Shown: positions 18,424-27,653 of the stretch, in pieces
Layout of the letters: every line of letters starts with the position of its first letter
Numbering within the stretch: the stretch's first letter is position 1
Assembly: GCA_035762345.1 (NCBI GenBank)
Contig: DASTPE010000107.1
Location: 3,701-67,700 of the forward strand
From: Burkholderiales bacterium
GTDB taxonomy: Bacteria > Pseudomonadota > Gammaproteobacteria > Burkholderiales > SG8-39
Direction of reading: 5' to 3'
Length of the DNA: 64,000 nt
Notes under the pieces: generated by a model
The model's database searches: none
Seen by the model: the letters and a program-made list of their open reading frames with translations, nothing else
What the model was told of the DNA's origin: nothing
Program-made: the position numbers and the translations under genes

Positions 18424-19749
18424 TCAGTAGATCGTCCTCGCGAGAAGCAGTCCCGTCGCGACCGCGCCGCACGTGGCGACCAGCCCCGGGATCATGAAGG
18501 AATGGTTGAGCACATACCGGCCAATGCGCGTCGTGCCGGACAGATCGAAGTTGATTGCGGCGATGAGCGAGCCGTAGGTCGGAATGAAGAAGTAGCCGTT
18601 CACCGATGGAAACGAGGCGATCAGGAACTGCGGCGGGATGCCAAGAGCCACGCCGAGCGGCATGAGCGCGCGCGTGGTCGCCGCTTGGCTATAGAGCAGC
18701 ACCGAGGCGAAGAAAAGACCGATGGCGAAGGTCCACGGCGCCGCCTGGGTCATGTTGCCGATCGCCGGAACGATGACGTTCTGGTTGGCGGCGATGAAGC
18801 TGTCGCCCAGCCACGCCAGGCCGAAGATGCCGATCACCGCCACCACGCCGGCGCGCAGCGTCGGCGTCTTCGGCACATCATCCACCTTCACGCCGGTGAG
18901 AAGCAGCATCACCGCCGCGACCGACAGCATGACAATCTCGATGACCAGCGGCATGGCGAGCGGGCTCTTCGCGCCGGGCAGCCGGCGCAGCTCGGGGAAG
19001 AAACCGAAGACGACGACGAGCGCCACGCCGGCGAGGAAGATCCATGCGGAAATTTTCGCCGCCGGCGCGAGCGGCGGACGCTGCCCGGCGGGCTTCGGTG
19101 CCGGGATGGCGCCGGCTTTCAAGCGCGCCTGGTACTCGGGATCGTCCTCCAGGTCCTTGCCGACGAACATCGAGACGATCGCCGCGGCGAGCACGCCGGT
19201 GAGCGTCGCTGGCACGCAGATCATCAGGATCTGCGGCAGGCCCCACTGCGCAAGCCCCTTCTCGGAGAACAGGCCGATCATGGCGGCGGTCGCCGCCGCC
19301 ACCGGGCTCGCCGTAATCGCCTGCTGCGAGGCGATGGTCGCCACCGCCATCGGCCGCTCCGGCCGGATGCCGCTCTGGTGCGCGGTCTCGTAGATCACCG
19401 GCAGCAGCGGGTAGACGATGTGCCCGGTGCCGGCGACGAAGGTGAAGCTCCAGGTGGTGAGCGGCGCGACGATCGTCACGTACTTGGGGTTGGCGCGGAT
19501 GATGCGTTCGGCCACGCGCACCAGGAAGTCGATGCCGCCGGCCGCGTCCATCACCGAGGCGGCCATGATCACCGCGAGGATGATGAGCATGACATCAATT
19601 GGCGGCGAGGTCGGGTTGACGCCGAACGCGACCACCAGCACGGCCAGCCCGACCGCGCCCCACAGGCCGAGGCCGATGCCGCTATAGCGCGCGCCCATCC
19701 AGATGGCCGCGAGCACCACGGCGAACTGGAAGGCGATCGCCAGGGTCAT
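18424..19749 (-). CDS. dcuA: Anaerobic C4-dicarboxylate transporter, DcuA/DcuB family
   Basis: 441-aa polytopic protein. N-terminus FQFAVVLAAIWMGARYSGIGLGLWG and TGHIVYPLLPVIYE as in Dcu carriers. Directly downstream of aspA, as in the classical aspA-dcuA pairing. Confidence 0.8.
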   Translation of the reverse strand: MTLAIAFQFAVVLAAIWMGARYSGIGLGLWGAVGLAVLVVAFGVNPTSPPIDVMLIILAVIMAASVMDAAGGIDFLVRVAERIIRANPKYVTIVAPLTTWSFTFVAGTGHIVYPLLPVIYETAHQSGIRPERPMAVATIASQQAITASPVAAATAAMIGLFSEKGLAQWGLPQILMICVPATLTGVLAAAIVSMFVGKDLEDDPEYQARLKAGAIPAPKPAGQRPPLAPAAKISAWIFLAGVALVVVFGFFPELRRLPGAKSPLAMPLVIEIVMLSVAAVMLLLTGVKVDDVPKTPTLRAGVVAVIGIFGLAWLGDSFIAANQNVIVPAIGNMTQAAPWTFAIGLFFASVLLYSQAATTRALMPLGVALGIPPQFLIASFPSVNGYFFIPTYGSLIAAINFDLSGTTRIGRYVLNHSFMIPGLVATCGAVATGLLLARTIY

Positions 19750-21149
19750 TGCTCGAACGTCGGGTTGATCAGGTTCTCGAACGAGAAAACTTCATCCCAT
19801 TTCTGCTGGGTGAGGAGCTTGCGCTCCTTCACCACAATGTCGTGCAGCGACTTGCCGGTGACATAGCCCTCGTGCGCGATCTCGGCGCACAGCTTGTAGC
19901 CGAGCGAGGGCTTGAGCACGGTGACGATGCCGAGCGAGTTGAGCACCATGTCGCGCGTGCGCTCGGCGTTGGCGGTGATGCCCTCCACGCAGTTGGCGCG
20001 CAGGCTCTCGACCGCGCGCTGCATGGTAGTGATGGAAGAGAACAGCGCGAAGGTGATCACCGGCTCCATCACGTTGAGCTGCAGCTGGCCGGCGGAGGCG
20101 GCGAGCGTCACCGTGAGGTCGAACCCGATCACCAGGAACCCAGTCTGGTTCACGACTTCCGGAATCACCGGGTTCACCTTGCCTGGCATGATCGAAGAGC
20201 CGGGCTGCTTCTCGGGCAGGTTGATCTCGTTCAGGCCGCAACGCGGCCCGGAGGCGAGCAGGCGGATGTCGTTGCAGATCTTGGTGAGCTTGGCGGAGGT
20301 GCGCTTCAGCACCCCGGACAGCAGCACGTAGGCGCCGGTGTCCGAGGTCGCCTCAACCAGGTCACTCGCCAGGATGAACTTGCGGCCGGTGATCTCGGAG
20401 AGCTGGCGTGTGGCGAGCTCGGGATAGCCGGGCGCGGCGGTGACCGAGGTGCCGATCGCGGTGGCGCCGAGGTTGATCTCGTGCAGCAGCTTCTGCACCT
20501 CTTCGATGCGCTGCACCTCCTCGCCGATGGTCGTGCCCCAGCCGTGGAACTCGGCGCCGAGCGACATCGGCACCGCGTCCTGCAGGTGGGTGCGGCCCAT
20601 CTTCAGGACCTTGTCGAACTCGCACGCCTTGGCGAAGAACGCCTGCTGCAGCCGGCGCAGCGCCTCCATGTAACTCTCGAGCCGCAGGATGAGCCCGAGA
20701 CGGAACGCGGTCGGGTAGACGTCGTTCGTCGACTGCCCGAAGTTGACGTGGTCGTTGGGGCTCACGTACTGATATTCGCCTTTCTTGTGCCCGAGCGACT
20801 CGAGCGCGAGGTTGGCGATCACCTCGTTCGCGTTCATATTGGTCGAGGTACCGGCGCCGCCCTGGATGAAATCGGTGATGAACTGGTCGAGCATCTCGCC
20901 GGCGATCAGGCGGTCGCAAGCCTTGATAATCGCTTCGGCGATCCTGCGGTCGAAGGCGCCGAGGTCGCGGTTCGCCATCGCCGCGGCCTTCTTCACGTAG
21001 CCGAAGGCCCTGACGAAGTTCGGCTCCGCCGACATCGGCATGCCGGTGATGTGGAAGTTCTCCTTGCCGCGCAGCGTCTGCACGCCGTAATACGCGTCGG
21101 CCGGGACCTGCTTCTCTCCCAGGAAGTCCTTCTCGGTGCGGAATGCCAT
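19746..21149 (-). CDS. aspA: Aspartate ammonia-lyase
   Basis: ORF 19746-21422 trimmed to ATG 21149 behind GGAGGAAGGGAGAG. MAFRTEKDFLGEKQVPADAYYGVQTLR, GSSIMPGKVNPV signature loop of the fumarase/aspartase family. Confidence 0.9.
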   Translation of the reverse strand: MAFRTEKDFLGEKQVPADAYYGVQTLRGKENFHITGMPMSAEPNFVRAFGYVKKAAAMANRDLGAFDRRIAEAIIKACDRLIAGEMLDQFITDFIQGGAGTSTNMNANEVIANLALESLGHKKGEYQYVSPNDHVNFGQSTNDVYPTAFRLGLILRLESYMEALRRLQQAFFAKACEFDKVLKMGRTHLQDAVPMSLGAEFHGWGTTIGEEVQRIEEVQKLLHEINLGATAIGTSVTAAPGYPELATRQLSEITGRKFILASDLVEATSDTGAYVLLSGVLKRTSAKLTKICNDIRLLASGPRCGLNEINLPEKQPGSSIMPGKVNPVIPEVVNQTGFLVIGFDLTVTLAASAGQLQLNVMEPVITFALFSSITTMQRAVESLRANCVEGITANAERTRDMVLNSLGIVTVLKPSLGYKLCAEIAHEGYVTGKSLHDIVVKERKLLTQQKWDEVFSFENLINPTFEQ

Positions 21150-21259
21150 GGCTCTCCCTTCCTCCACTTGCTGATGTTCTAGGGTGTGCTCTGCATGAGT
21201 ATAGCCAGCGCTTGCGCCGCGGAGCGCACGCGGGGCGCGTTTCTTGCTCTCTCGGCAGG

Positions 21260-21638
21260 ATGCTCCACTGGCTGTCCGCACTGTTGTGCGCTGTCTTGCT
21301 TTGTGCGCCCGTGCAAGCACGTGGCATCGAGCGTTTCCGGCAGCGTTCATAAGGGCGAGATCTACGCGGTGATCGAGCAGCCGTTCGGCGTCGTCGGAAA
21401 AGCACTCGCGCGTCTCGAGCACTGGTGTGACATCCTCGTGCTGCAGGTCAACGTCAAGCGCTGCGGCGCCTCAGTTAGTTCGCGATCGAGGCCGACCGAC
21501 TCGCTCGCGGCGCCGGCCGACGAGCGCCTCGACGGGCGCCTGCGCAACTGGTACGCCGCGATCTCTCGCTACCCGCAGCTGCATGAGCAGGTGGGCGCCG
21601 ACGAGTACGTCGCGATGAAGCGCAAGGAAGCGAGCTAG
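21260..21638 (+). pseudogene. Probable frameshifted/decayed gene for a small secreted protein
   Basis: ATG 21260 opens a signal-peptide-like ORF (MLHWLSALLCAVLLCAPVQA) that hits TAA at 21350. The overlapping frame (ORF 21186-21638) continues with protein-like sequence (VHKGEIYAVIEQPFGVVGKALARLEHW) but has no plausible start of its own. One indel near 21320-21345 would join them. Confidence 0.3.
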
Positions 21639-21642
21639 GAAT

Positions 21643-22617
21643 CTACTGGCCGATGATGCGGGTCGCTCGGAGCAGCAGCGACGGTGGCATCGTGACGCCC
21701 AGTTGCTTCGCCGTGTCGAGATTGATGACCAGATCGAACTTCGTGGGTTGCTCGACGGTGAGATCGGCAGGCTTTGCGCCGGCCAGTATCTTGGCTACGT
21801 ACGCCGCCGCGTCGCGGTGCAGCTCGAGCACGCTGGGCCCGTACGCGATTAAGCCGCCCGCCTCTGCATAAGTTGCCTGCCAGCCGACCGAGGGGAGGCC
21901 AGCCGCCGCCGCCGAACGGGCAATTCGGCTGGCCTGCGAGGTCAGCATCGGATCCGCCAGAACGTTTAGTGCGCCCAGACGCGCCTTGGTCATCGCAGCA
22001 AGAGCTCGGTCAACGCCCTCCGGCGAATCTGCTTCGAACATCACCAGGTCCAGATTCAGAGAACCGGCCGCCGCCTCGGTTTCCCGCAGGAGCTGCGCCT
22101 GGAACACCCGGTTGGCGGGATTCCACAGCACGCCGACGCGGCGCGCGTTCGGAGCGACTTCCTTCAGAAGCTCGAGCGATTTGCCGGCCGTTACTCCCGT
22201 CAGGGCAGAATTGCCCGTGACGTTGCCTCCCGGGCGCGCGAGCGTGGCGACGAGCTTCGATCCGATAGGGTCCGAAACGCCCACCATGACGATGGGTATC
22301 GTGGATGTCGCATCTCTCGCGGCGATGGATGCCTGCGTCACGACTGCGACCAGGACGTCGACCCGCAGCCCTACTAGCTGGGCGGCAAGAGCCGGCAGCT
22401 GGTCGAACTTTCCCTCCGCGAACCGGTATTCGATCGCGATGTTTTTCCCCTCGACGTAGCCATGCTCCCGCAGCCCCTGACGGAAGCCTTCGACTAACCC
22501 GGCGGCCTGGTCAGGCGTCATTGGGGTGAGAAATCCGATGCGCTTTCCGGTCGACGCCGGCTGTGCAGCTCCGATGCACGGCGCGACAAGCAGCGCAAGG
22601 ACAAGGCGCCGCCTCAC
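21643..22617 (-). CDS. ABC transporter substrate-binding protein, ABC_sub_bind (PF04392-like) family, orphan
   Basis: Probable GTG start at 22617 forming GTGA with the upstream stop. RIGFLTPMTP...YVEGKNIAIEYRFAEGKFDQLPALAAQLV...PGGNVTG are typical of this family. Confidence 0.75.
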   Translation of the reverse strand: MRRRLVLALLVAPCIGAAQPASTGKRIGFLTPMTPDQAAGLVEGFRQGLREHGYVEGKNIAIEYRFAEGKFDQLPALAAQLVGLRVDVLVAVVTQASIAARDATSTIPIVMVGVSDPIGSKLVATLARPGGNVTGNSALTGVTAGKSLELLKEVAPNARRVGVLWNPANRVFQAQLLRETEAAAGSLNLDLVMFEADSPEGVDRALAAMTKARLGALNVLADPMLTSQASRIARSAAAAGLPSVGWQATYAEAGGLIAYGPSVLELHRDAAAYVAKILAGAKPADLTVEQPTKFDLVINLDTAKQLGVTMPPSLLLRATRIIGQ

Positions 22618-23309
22618 GACTGCTTCCAGAACCGCCACCACGGGACTTTCGAACGCGGTGCAGCTTCTTCACCGTACAGCACCGCGAAATCGGTGACGAG
22701 CGCGCTCACTCGTCCGTCGGCGTCGAAGCCGAAGAAGGAGGCATACGAGCCATCGCCCCACCCCGAAGAGAAGCAGATGATGTTCTCTTCGGCACCCTTG
22801 GAAGGACGCCAATCGAGCCACGACCATGTCGGCCGATAGGTCTTCTGCATTTCCTCATCGACCGCGTCGTAGTAGCTGCTATCCGCGTCCATGAGTTGCG
22901 AGAGCAGCCGGCCCGCGACCGGGTCCATGAAGCATCCGGTGCCCGAATCGACGCCGTATCCGAAGTAGTGGTCCGGCCCTAAGCTCGCCGCGTCCTGGCC
23001 GGCTGCAAGCGCCATCTTCCAGCCAGTGGCCGTCGAATCCGTAAACCGAGCCCGCGCGAAGGCGACTCGCTCGTCACCGCTGTCGAAGCGCGCTACCGCC
23101 ACGCAGACCGGATGCCGGCCGTTCGGAACGGCCTGCAGGTACGGCGTCGTATTCGGAAGCACGAAAGGGTCCGCCGCGGCTATGGCGCCGGAGGTGATGA
23201 ACAATCGGCCAAGCTCGTGCACCTGGAAGGTGACGCGCTTTCCGGCCTCCAGCAGCTCGCCAGAAGAAAACGCGACGTCGACCTGCTGCAGATTCAGCTC
23301 GTGCGGCAC
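22614..23309 (-). CDS. DUF4241 domain-containing protein
   Basis: ORF 22614-23456. C-terminal SSGWGDGSYASFFGFDADGRVSALVTDF matches the DUF4241 pattern as I recall it. The only start that does not deeply overlap the upstream gene is GTG 23309. Start uncertain. Confidence 0.6.
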   Translation of the reverse strand: MPHELNLQQVDVAFSSGELLEAGKRVTFQVHELGRLFITSGAIAAADPFVLPNTTPYLQAVPNGRHPVCVAVARFDSGDERVAFARARFTDSTATGWKMALAAGQDAASLGPDHYFGYGVDSGTGCFMDPVAGRLLSQLMDADSSYYDAVDEEMQKTYRPTWSWLDWRPSKGAEENIICFSSGWGDGSYASFFGFDADGRVSALVTDFAVLYGEEAAPRSKVPWWRFWKQS

Positions 23310-23539
23310 CCTTGCGGCTTGTAGATACGCTCCGTCGACGCCGGGTACTTGGCGAGCTTCGCCGCCGGCCGGCGCGGGCGCTGCACGAGCTCGCCGCCGC
23401 AATTCGGGCACTTGCCGCCGAGCACGCCGTCCCTGCACGCGCGGCAGAACGTGCACTCGAAGGAGCAGATGAACGCGTCGGCGGACGCGGGCGGCAGATC
23501 ACGGTTACAGCATTCACAGTTCGGTCGAAGTTGAAGCAT
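23294..23539 (-). CDS. DUF1272 domain-containing zinc-ribbon protein
   Basis: ATG 23539. MLQLRPNCECCNRDLPP...ICSFECTFCRAC...CPNCGGELVQRP (Cys-rich DUF1272 pattern). Confidence 0.7.
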   Translation of the reverse strand: MLQLRPNCECCNRDLPPASADAFICSFECTFCRACRDGVLGGKCPNCGGELVQRPRRPAAKLAKYPASTERIYKPQGCRTS

Positions 23540-23550
23540 GCCTAATCGTA

Positions 23551-24111
23551 TCAAGTCAGGAGCTCTAGAGCTTCGGCAGTGTTGCGCACGCGCGCGAGGC
23601 GCGGGAAGGCTTCGCGCATCAACTGCGCATGCAGATCGAGCTTCGGCGAGGTGCAGGCATCCGACACAATCACGAGGTTGTAGCCGAGGTCACGCGCGGC
23701 GTAGGCGGTGGAAGCGATGCCGATCTCGGTCGAGCCGCCGCAGAGCACAATGGTGTGTACGCCGCGCGTACGCAGCGCGTGGTCGAGATAGGTGCCGAAG
23801 AAGGCGCTCCAGCGGTGCTTGGGCACCACGTACTCGCCGGGAAGCGGCGCGAGCTCGGGCACGATTTCGGCCTCGGGCGTGCCGCCGGTGATAAGCGGCG
23901 GCCTGTTCTCTTCGTCGGTGAGGAGAGGAGCGTGGGTCGCGCGGTCGGCGCGATGGTCCGCTTTGGCATGCGCCACCATGGCGCCGCGCGCACGCGCCGT
24001 CGCGAGGAGCCTAGCCGCATTCGCCAGCACCGGGGCGTAGCGCGCTCGGTCCTTGGCGACGTGACCGACCAGGAAGTCGAAAAGCAAGAGGCAGATGTGC
24101 TGCGCGCTCAC
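23551..24111 (-). CDS. Isochorismatase-family cysteine hydrolase
   Basis: VPKHRWSAFFGTYLD...IVLCGGSTEIGIASTAYAARDLGY (catalytic Cys context). GTG 24111 forms GTGA with the upstream SBP stop. ATG 24153 is the alternative start. Confidence 0.8.
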   Translation of the reverse strand: MSAQHICLLLFDFLVGHVAKDRARYAPVLANAARLLATARARGAMVAHAKADHRADRATHAPLLTDEENRPPLITGGTPEAEIVPELAPLPGEYVVPKHRWSAFFGTYLDHALRTRGVHTIVLCGGSTEIGIASTAYAARDLGYNLVIVSDACTSPKLDLHAQLMREAFPRLARVRNTAEALELLT

Positions 24112-25121
24112 CGCGCGCTTCCGAGCACGATCTCCTGCCAGAGCTTCTTCCACTTGTCGTGCTCATCGAGGATCACTGCGGGGTCGACGAACTGGAGCGT
24201 CAATTTCTGCGCCGGGTCCGCCACGCGCAGGTTGGCGGGCACGTAGCCGCCCTTCTGCAGGATCTGCTGTCCTTCGGGCGAGAGCAGAAAATCGACGAAG
24301 AGCGCCGCGGCGTGCGGATGCGGCGGCTTGCTAACTACGCCGATGCCGTTGGCGCGGCCGATCGCGGGCGCGATCGCGAACCATTCCACGGGTGCGCCCC
24401 TTTGCTTCATCTTCTCGGCGCCGTGACTGTAGGTTGTGAGCGCGAATGGAATCTCGCCGGAAGCCACCAGCCCGGCAAGCAGTGTATGCCCCTTGCGCAC
24501 CGAAAAGCCGTTCACGCGCTGGATCTCGCGGAAGGTGCGCAGGCCGGTGTCCTCGCCGAGCGCCTTGATGATCATCGCGAACCAGTCCTCGTCCTCGGCC
24601 TCGATGCCCAGGCGCCCCTTCCAGCGCGGGTGCGCGAGGTCCTGGTAAGTCTTCGGCAGCTCTTCCTTCTTTACCAGGTTGGTGTTGTACGACTGCACGA
24701 ACATGTTGATGCGCGTACCGACCCAATGGCGGTGCGTCTGCACGGCCTGCCGCATCAAGTTCTTGACGTGCGGAGACGAGAGCGGCTGCAGACCTTTTTC
24801 GCGGTAGAGCGCTTCGAGCTGGGGGCCGTTCGTCTCGACGATGTCGGCCTCGTGGCGCCCGGCGCGCGCCTCGGTGACGGCGCGCTGCAGCACCTTCTCC
24901 GAGTTGGCTCGCCAGGTCTTGAGCTTCACGCCGTATTTCTTCTCGAACACCGCGCCGAGGGCGGTCAAGTCTTCGGGCACTAGCGAGGTGTAGAGCATGA
25001 CCTCGCCTTCCTTCTTCGCGCCCTCGGCCAGGACGCTTTCGCGATCAGGGCCCTCGTACTGGACCTGCGCCGCCGCGATGTTCGTGAAAGCGAGAAGCAC
25101 GGCTGTGGCAAAGCGTTTCAT
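24108..25121 (-). CDS. Extracellular solute-binding protein (Fe3+/polyamine-type ABC SBP), orphan
   Basis: ORF 24108-26102 trimmed to ATG 25121. Signal peptide MKRFATAVLLAFTNIAAA. VMLYTSLVPEDL..., PHAAALFVDFLLSPEGQ typical of family-1 SBPs. Confidence 0.75.
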   Translation of the reverse strand: MKRFATAVLLAFTNIAAAQVQYEGPDRESVLAEGAKKEGEVMLYTSLVPEDLTALGAVFEKKYGVKLKTWRANSEKVLQRAVTEARAGRHEADIVETNGPQLEALYREKGLQPLSSPHVKNLMRQAVQTHRHWVGTRINMFVQSYNTNLVKKEELPKTYQDLAHPRWKGRLGIEAEDEDWFAMIIKALGEDTGLRTFREIQRVNGFSVRKGHTLLAGLVASGEIPFALTTYSHGAEKMKQRGAPVEWFAIAPAIGRANGIGVVSKPPHPHAAALFVDFLLSPEGQQILQKGGYVPANLRVADPAQKLTLQFVDPAVILDEHDKWKKLWQEIVLGSAR

Positions 25122-25204
25122 GGCGGGCACTCCCTTGGCGATCCAGTTGCGTTTCCTCCGTTGCCGCGGATCAGCATGGTTACCGCGAACAGTACACGAG
25201 GCGC

Positions 25205-26050
25205 CTACTTCGGAGCGTCGAGCAGAAAGAGCGTCGGATCGACCGCGACCGAGTTGAGATACACCGAGAAATGCAGGTGCGGTCCGGTCGCGCGGCCGCT
25301 CGCGCCTACCGTGCCGATGACACGCCCGGCTTCGACGATTTCCAGCGCGGAGACTTCGATCGATTGCAGATGAGCGTAGAGCGAAAGCAGCCCCTGACCG
25401 TGGTCGAGGACGACGGTGCGGCCGTTGAAGAAGTAGTCCCCGATCTCGATGACGCGACCCGCGCTCGCGGCGAGGACCGGCGTGCCCATGGGCGCGGCGA
25501 TATCCAGCCCGCTGTGGCTGCTGCGCAGCTGGTCGTTGAAATAGCGCTGCAAGCCGAAGGCGGCTGCGTTCCGGCCGCGCGTCGGCTGCAGCATCGCGAG
25601 GCTGGCCGGCGCCGACTCGGTGAACGTGCGCAGTACGGTATCGAGATGCGCGCGCTCGCGCGTGTAGCGCGCGAGGTCCTCTGCGGAGAGGTCCACCTGG
25701 CCCGGCGGAACCTTGAGGTACTGAGAGCCGTACGCCTTGGGCACGACCTCGAGCTCGAGGCGCTCGTGCCTGCCGCCGGCGTGCTCGGCCTGCAGCTGCA
25801 CTTTCGAGCCGGGTCTTGAGTTCAATGCGAGGCCGACGACTGCGATCCATTCGTCGCCTTCGCGCATCACCAGCACGCGTTGGTCCGCCAGGCGTACACG
25901 CGGCGCGGTCTCGGATGCGCCGAGCCGGATTCTCGCGACGCCGCCCGGGACGATCGACGCGCGGGGCGGCGTGTCCGTCCACGCGCGCGCCGCCCAAGCG
26001 CGCGCACCGAGCACCGCGGCGAGGGATTGAAGGAGCCGGCGCCGGTTCAA
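25205..26050 (-). CDS. M23-family metallopeptidase with Tat-like signal
   Basis: MNRRRLLQSLAAVLGARAWA. HSGLDIAAPMGTPV and GPHLHFSV zinc-ligand motifs. Confidence 0.85.
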   Translation of the reverse strand: MNRRRLLQSLAAVLGARAWAARAWTDTPPRASIVPGGVARIRLGASETAPRVRLADQRVLVMREGDEWIAVVGLALNSRPGSKVQLQAEHAGGRHERLELEVVPKAYGSQYLKVPPGQVDLSAEDLARYTRERAHLDTVLRTFTESAPASLAMLQPTRGRNAAAFGLQRYFNDQLRSSHSGLDIAAPMGTPVLAASAGRVIEIGDYFFNGRTVVLDHGQGLLSLYAHLQSIEVSALEIVEAGRVIGTVGASGRATGPHLHFSVYLNSVAVDPTLFLLDAPK

Positions 26051-26175
26051 CGCGCGACCTGCAGGCGGTTTGCCACGCCCTTGATGATAATGGCAACGGC
26101 AACGAGGCCTAGCTCGACAACAAGAAGCGTCCCTACATCCGTCCGGGTCGCGACATGGAGGTTCATGTCATTCTT

Positions 26176-27621
26176 TCAAGCGGTGCGCAGGCCGAGCAGC
26201 CGCACGCCGGCCGCGGTGACGAGCGGCAGGGCGAGGCCAATCAGCGTGGCCGCGATCATGAGGTGGCCCAGCTCGCTGTAGTCACCGCGCTTTACGACGA
26301 ATACCTCGTTGAGGTAGACGGTGCCGAGCTGGGAGGCGGCGAGCGCGAGGTTCGAGAACGACGCCATGACCGCGAAGTAGGTGGCCTTGAGATGCGCCGG
26401 CGCGGAGTTGGCGATCCAGGCGAGCATTGGGATCATCGCGATCTGCCCGAGCGGCGACTCGAGCGCAGTGTTGATGAGCGCGATGAAGCGGGCGTCGACC
26501 ACGCCGCCGGTGTGCGCCGCGGTCCAATCGTGCAGCCCGTAGTACATGCCGATGATCGGCGTCGAGAGGATCGCGCCCGCGACGGATAGCACCACTACGA
26601 TGGTGCCGATCGAGTTCTCGGCCATGAAGCGGCGCAGCACAAACATGCCGACCAGGGTGAGCGTGTAGGTGACGAGCGAGAGCTGCGCAAGGAAGCCCTC
26701 GTTGAACTTCAGCACATCGATCATCCACCAGGTGGATCCCTCGCCCGTGAGCGGCATGCTGCGGTAGACAAAGAGGACGAGCGCGGTCGCGACCAGCAAC
26801 TGGCGAGGCTCCGGCGCGAGCTCGCGCGCGAGGCGCCAGAGCAGGAACAGGATGATGCCGAGCGAGCCGAGGAACACGAGCTCTTGTGCGTAAGGCAAGC
26901 CGCCGAAACCGATCGCGAACGTGATCGCCACGAAAACCAGACTGCCGCCGAGCACGGCCCAGTTCGGCCGCGTCTTCTCCAGCACGTCGCGCTCGTGCTT
27001 CAGGAAACGGTGCAGGACGACGCCGAGAACCGAAATCACCGGAATGATGAGCGCCGCGGTGTAGACGTTGGCATAAAGCTCGGCTTTGCGATCTTTCGGC
27101 AGATCCTCGGTTCCGGCGAAGATGTAGATATTCGCCGCTGCGACGAGCGCGAGCCCGCCGATCACCGCCACGCGCCCGAGCGTCTGCATGGTGGTGTGCA
27201 TGCTCTTCAAGGTTTGCGCGTCGTAGGCCTTGCCCGCGTCGTCCGCACGCGGCACCGCCTCGACCGTCATCGCGTCGGCGACCGCGTCTTGGATCATATA
27301 GCCGGTCGGCGCGAGGAGCGCGGCAAGCACGTACCAGTGCACCAGGCTCATCATTGCTCGCATCGCCTCGGCGTAGCTGATAAGACCGATCATGATGAGG
27401 AGGCTTGCCGCGATCATGGAGGCGCCGAGCCAGACGAGCGCCGCCTTCCAGCGCCAGATGAGATCGACTACGTGGCCGACCGGCATCTTCAGCGCCCACG
27501 GGATGCCGGCCCAGAACGCGAGCGCCGCGAGGAACGCGGGCGAGACGTCGAGGTAGTCTTTGACGAAGAACGTGCCGACGATGCCCGTCAGCCCGGAGAC
27601 GCCGTACGCCGCATAGACCAT
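26176..27621 (-). CDS. BT1 (folate-biopterin transporter)-like MFS permease
   Basis: ORF 26176-27879 trimmed to ATG 27621 (TTG 27648 also possible) to avoid the Bug gene. FFVKDYLDVSPAFLAALAFWAGIPWALKMPVGHVVD resembles the BT1 N-terminal signature. About 12 TM segments. Confidence 0.6.
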   Translation of the reverse strand: MVYAAYGVSGLTGIVGTFFVKDYLDVSPAFLAALAFWAGIPWALKMPVGHVVDLIWRWKAALVWLGASMIAASLLIMIGLISYAEAMRAMMSLVHWYVLAALLAPTGYMIQDAVADAMTVEAVPRADDAGKAYDAQTLKSMHTTMQTLGRVAVIGGLALVAAANIYIFAGTEDLPKDRKAELYANVYTAALIIPVISVLGVVLHRFLKHERDVLEKTRPNWAVLGGSLVFVAITFAIGFGGLPYAQELVFLGSLGIILFLLWRLARELAPEPRQLLVATALVLFVYRSMPLTGEGSTWWMIDVLKFNEGFLAQLSLVTYTLTLVGMFVLRRFMAENSIGTIVVVLSVAGAILSTPIIGMYYGLHDWTAAHTGGVVDARFIALINTALESPLGQIAMIPMLAWIANSAPAHLKATYFAVMASFSNLALAASQLGTVYLNEVFVVKRGDYSELGHLMIAATLIGLALPLVTAAGVRLLGLRTA

Positions 27622-27653
27622 CAGCGGCGGGAGATACGAAAGACGCAACGAGC

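Noticed and set aside
24108-26102. 664-aa ORF that would fuse the region upstream of the SBP gene into one giant protein.
   Set aside because: The N-terminal ~330 residues are Arg/Pro-rich and out of character. A proper signal peptide and start exist at 25121. The opposite-frame M23 peptidase gene (25205-26050) explains that DNA.
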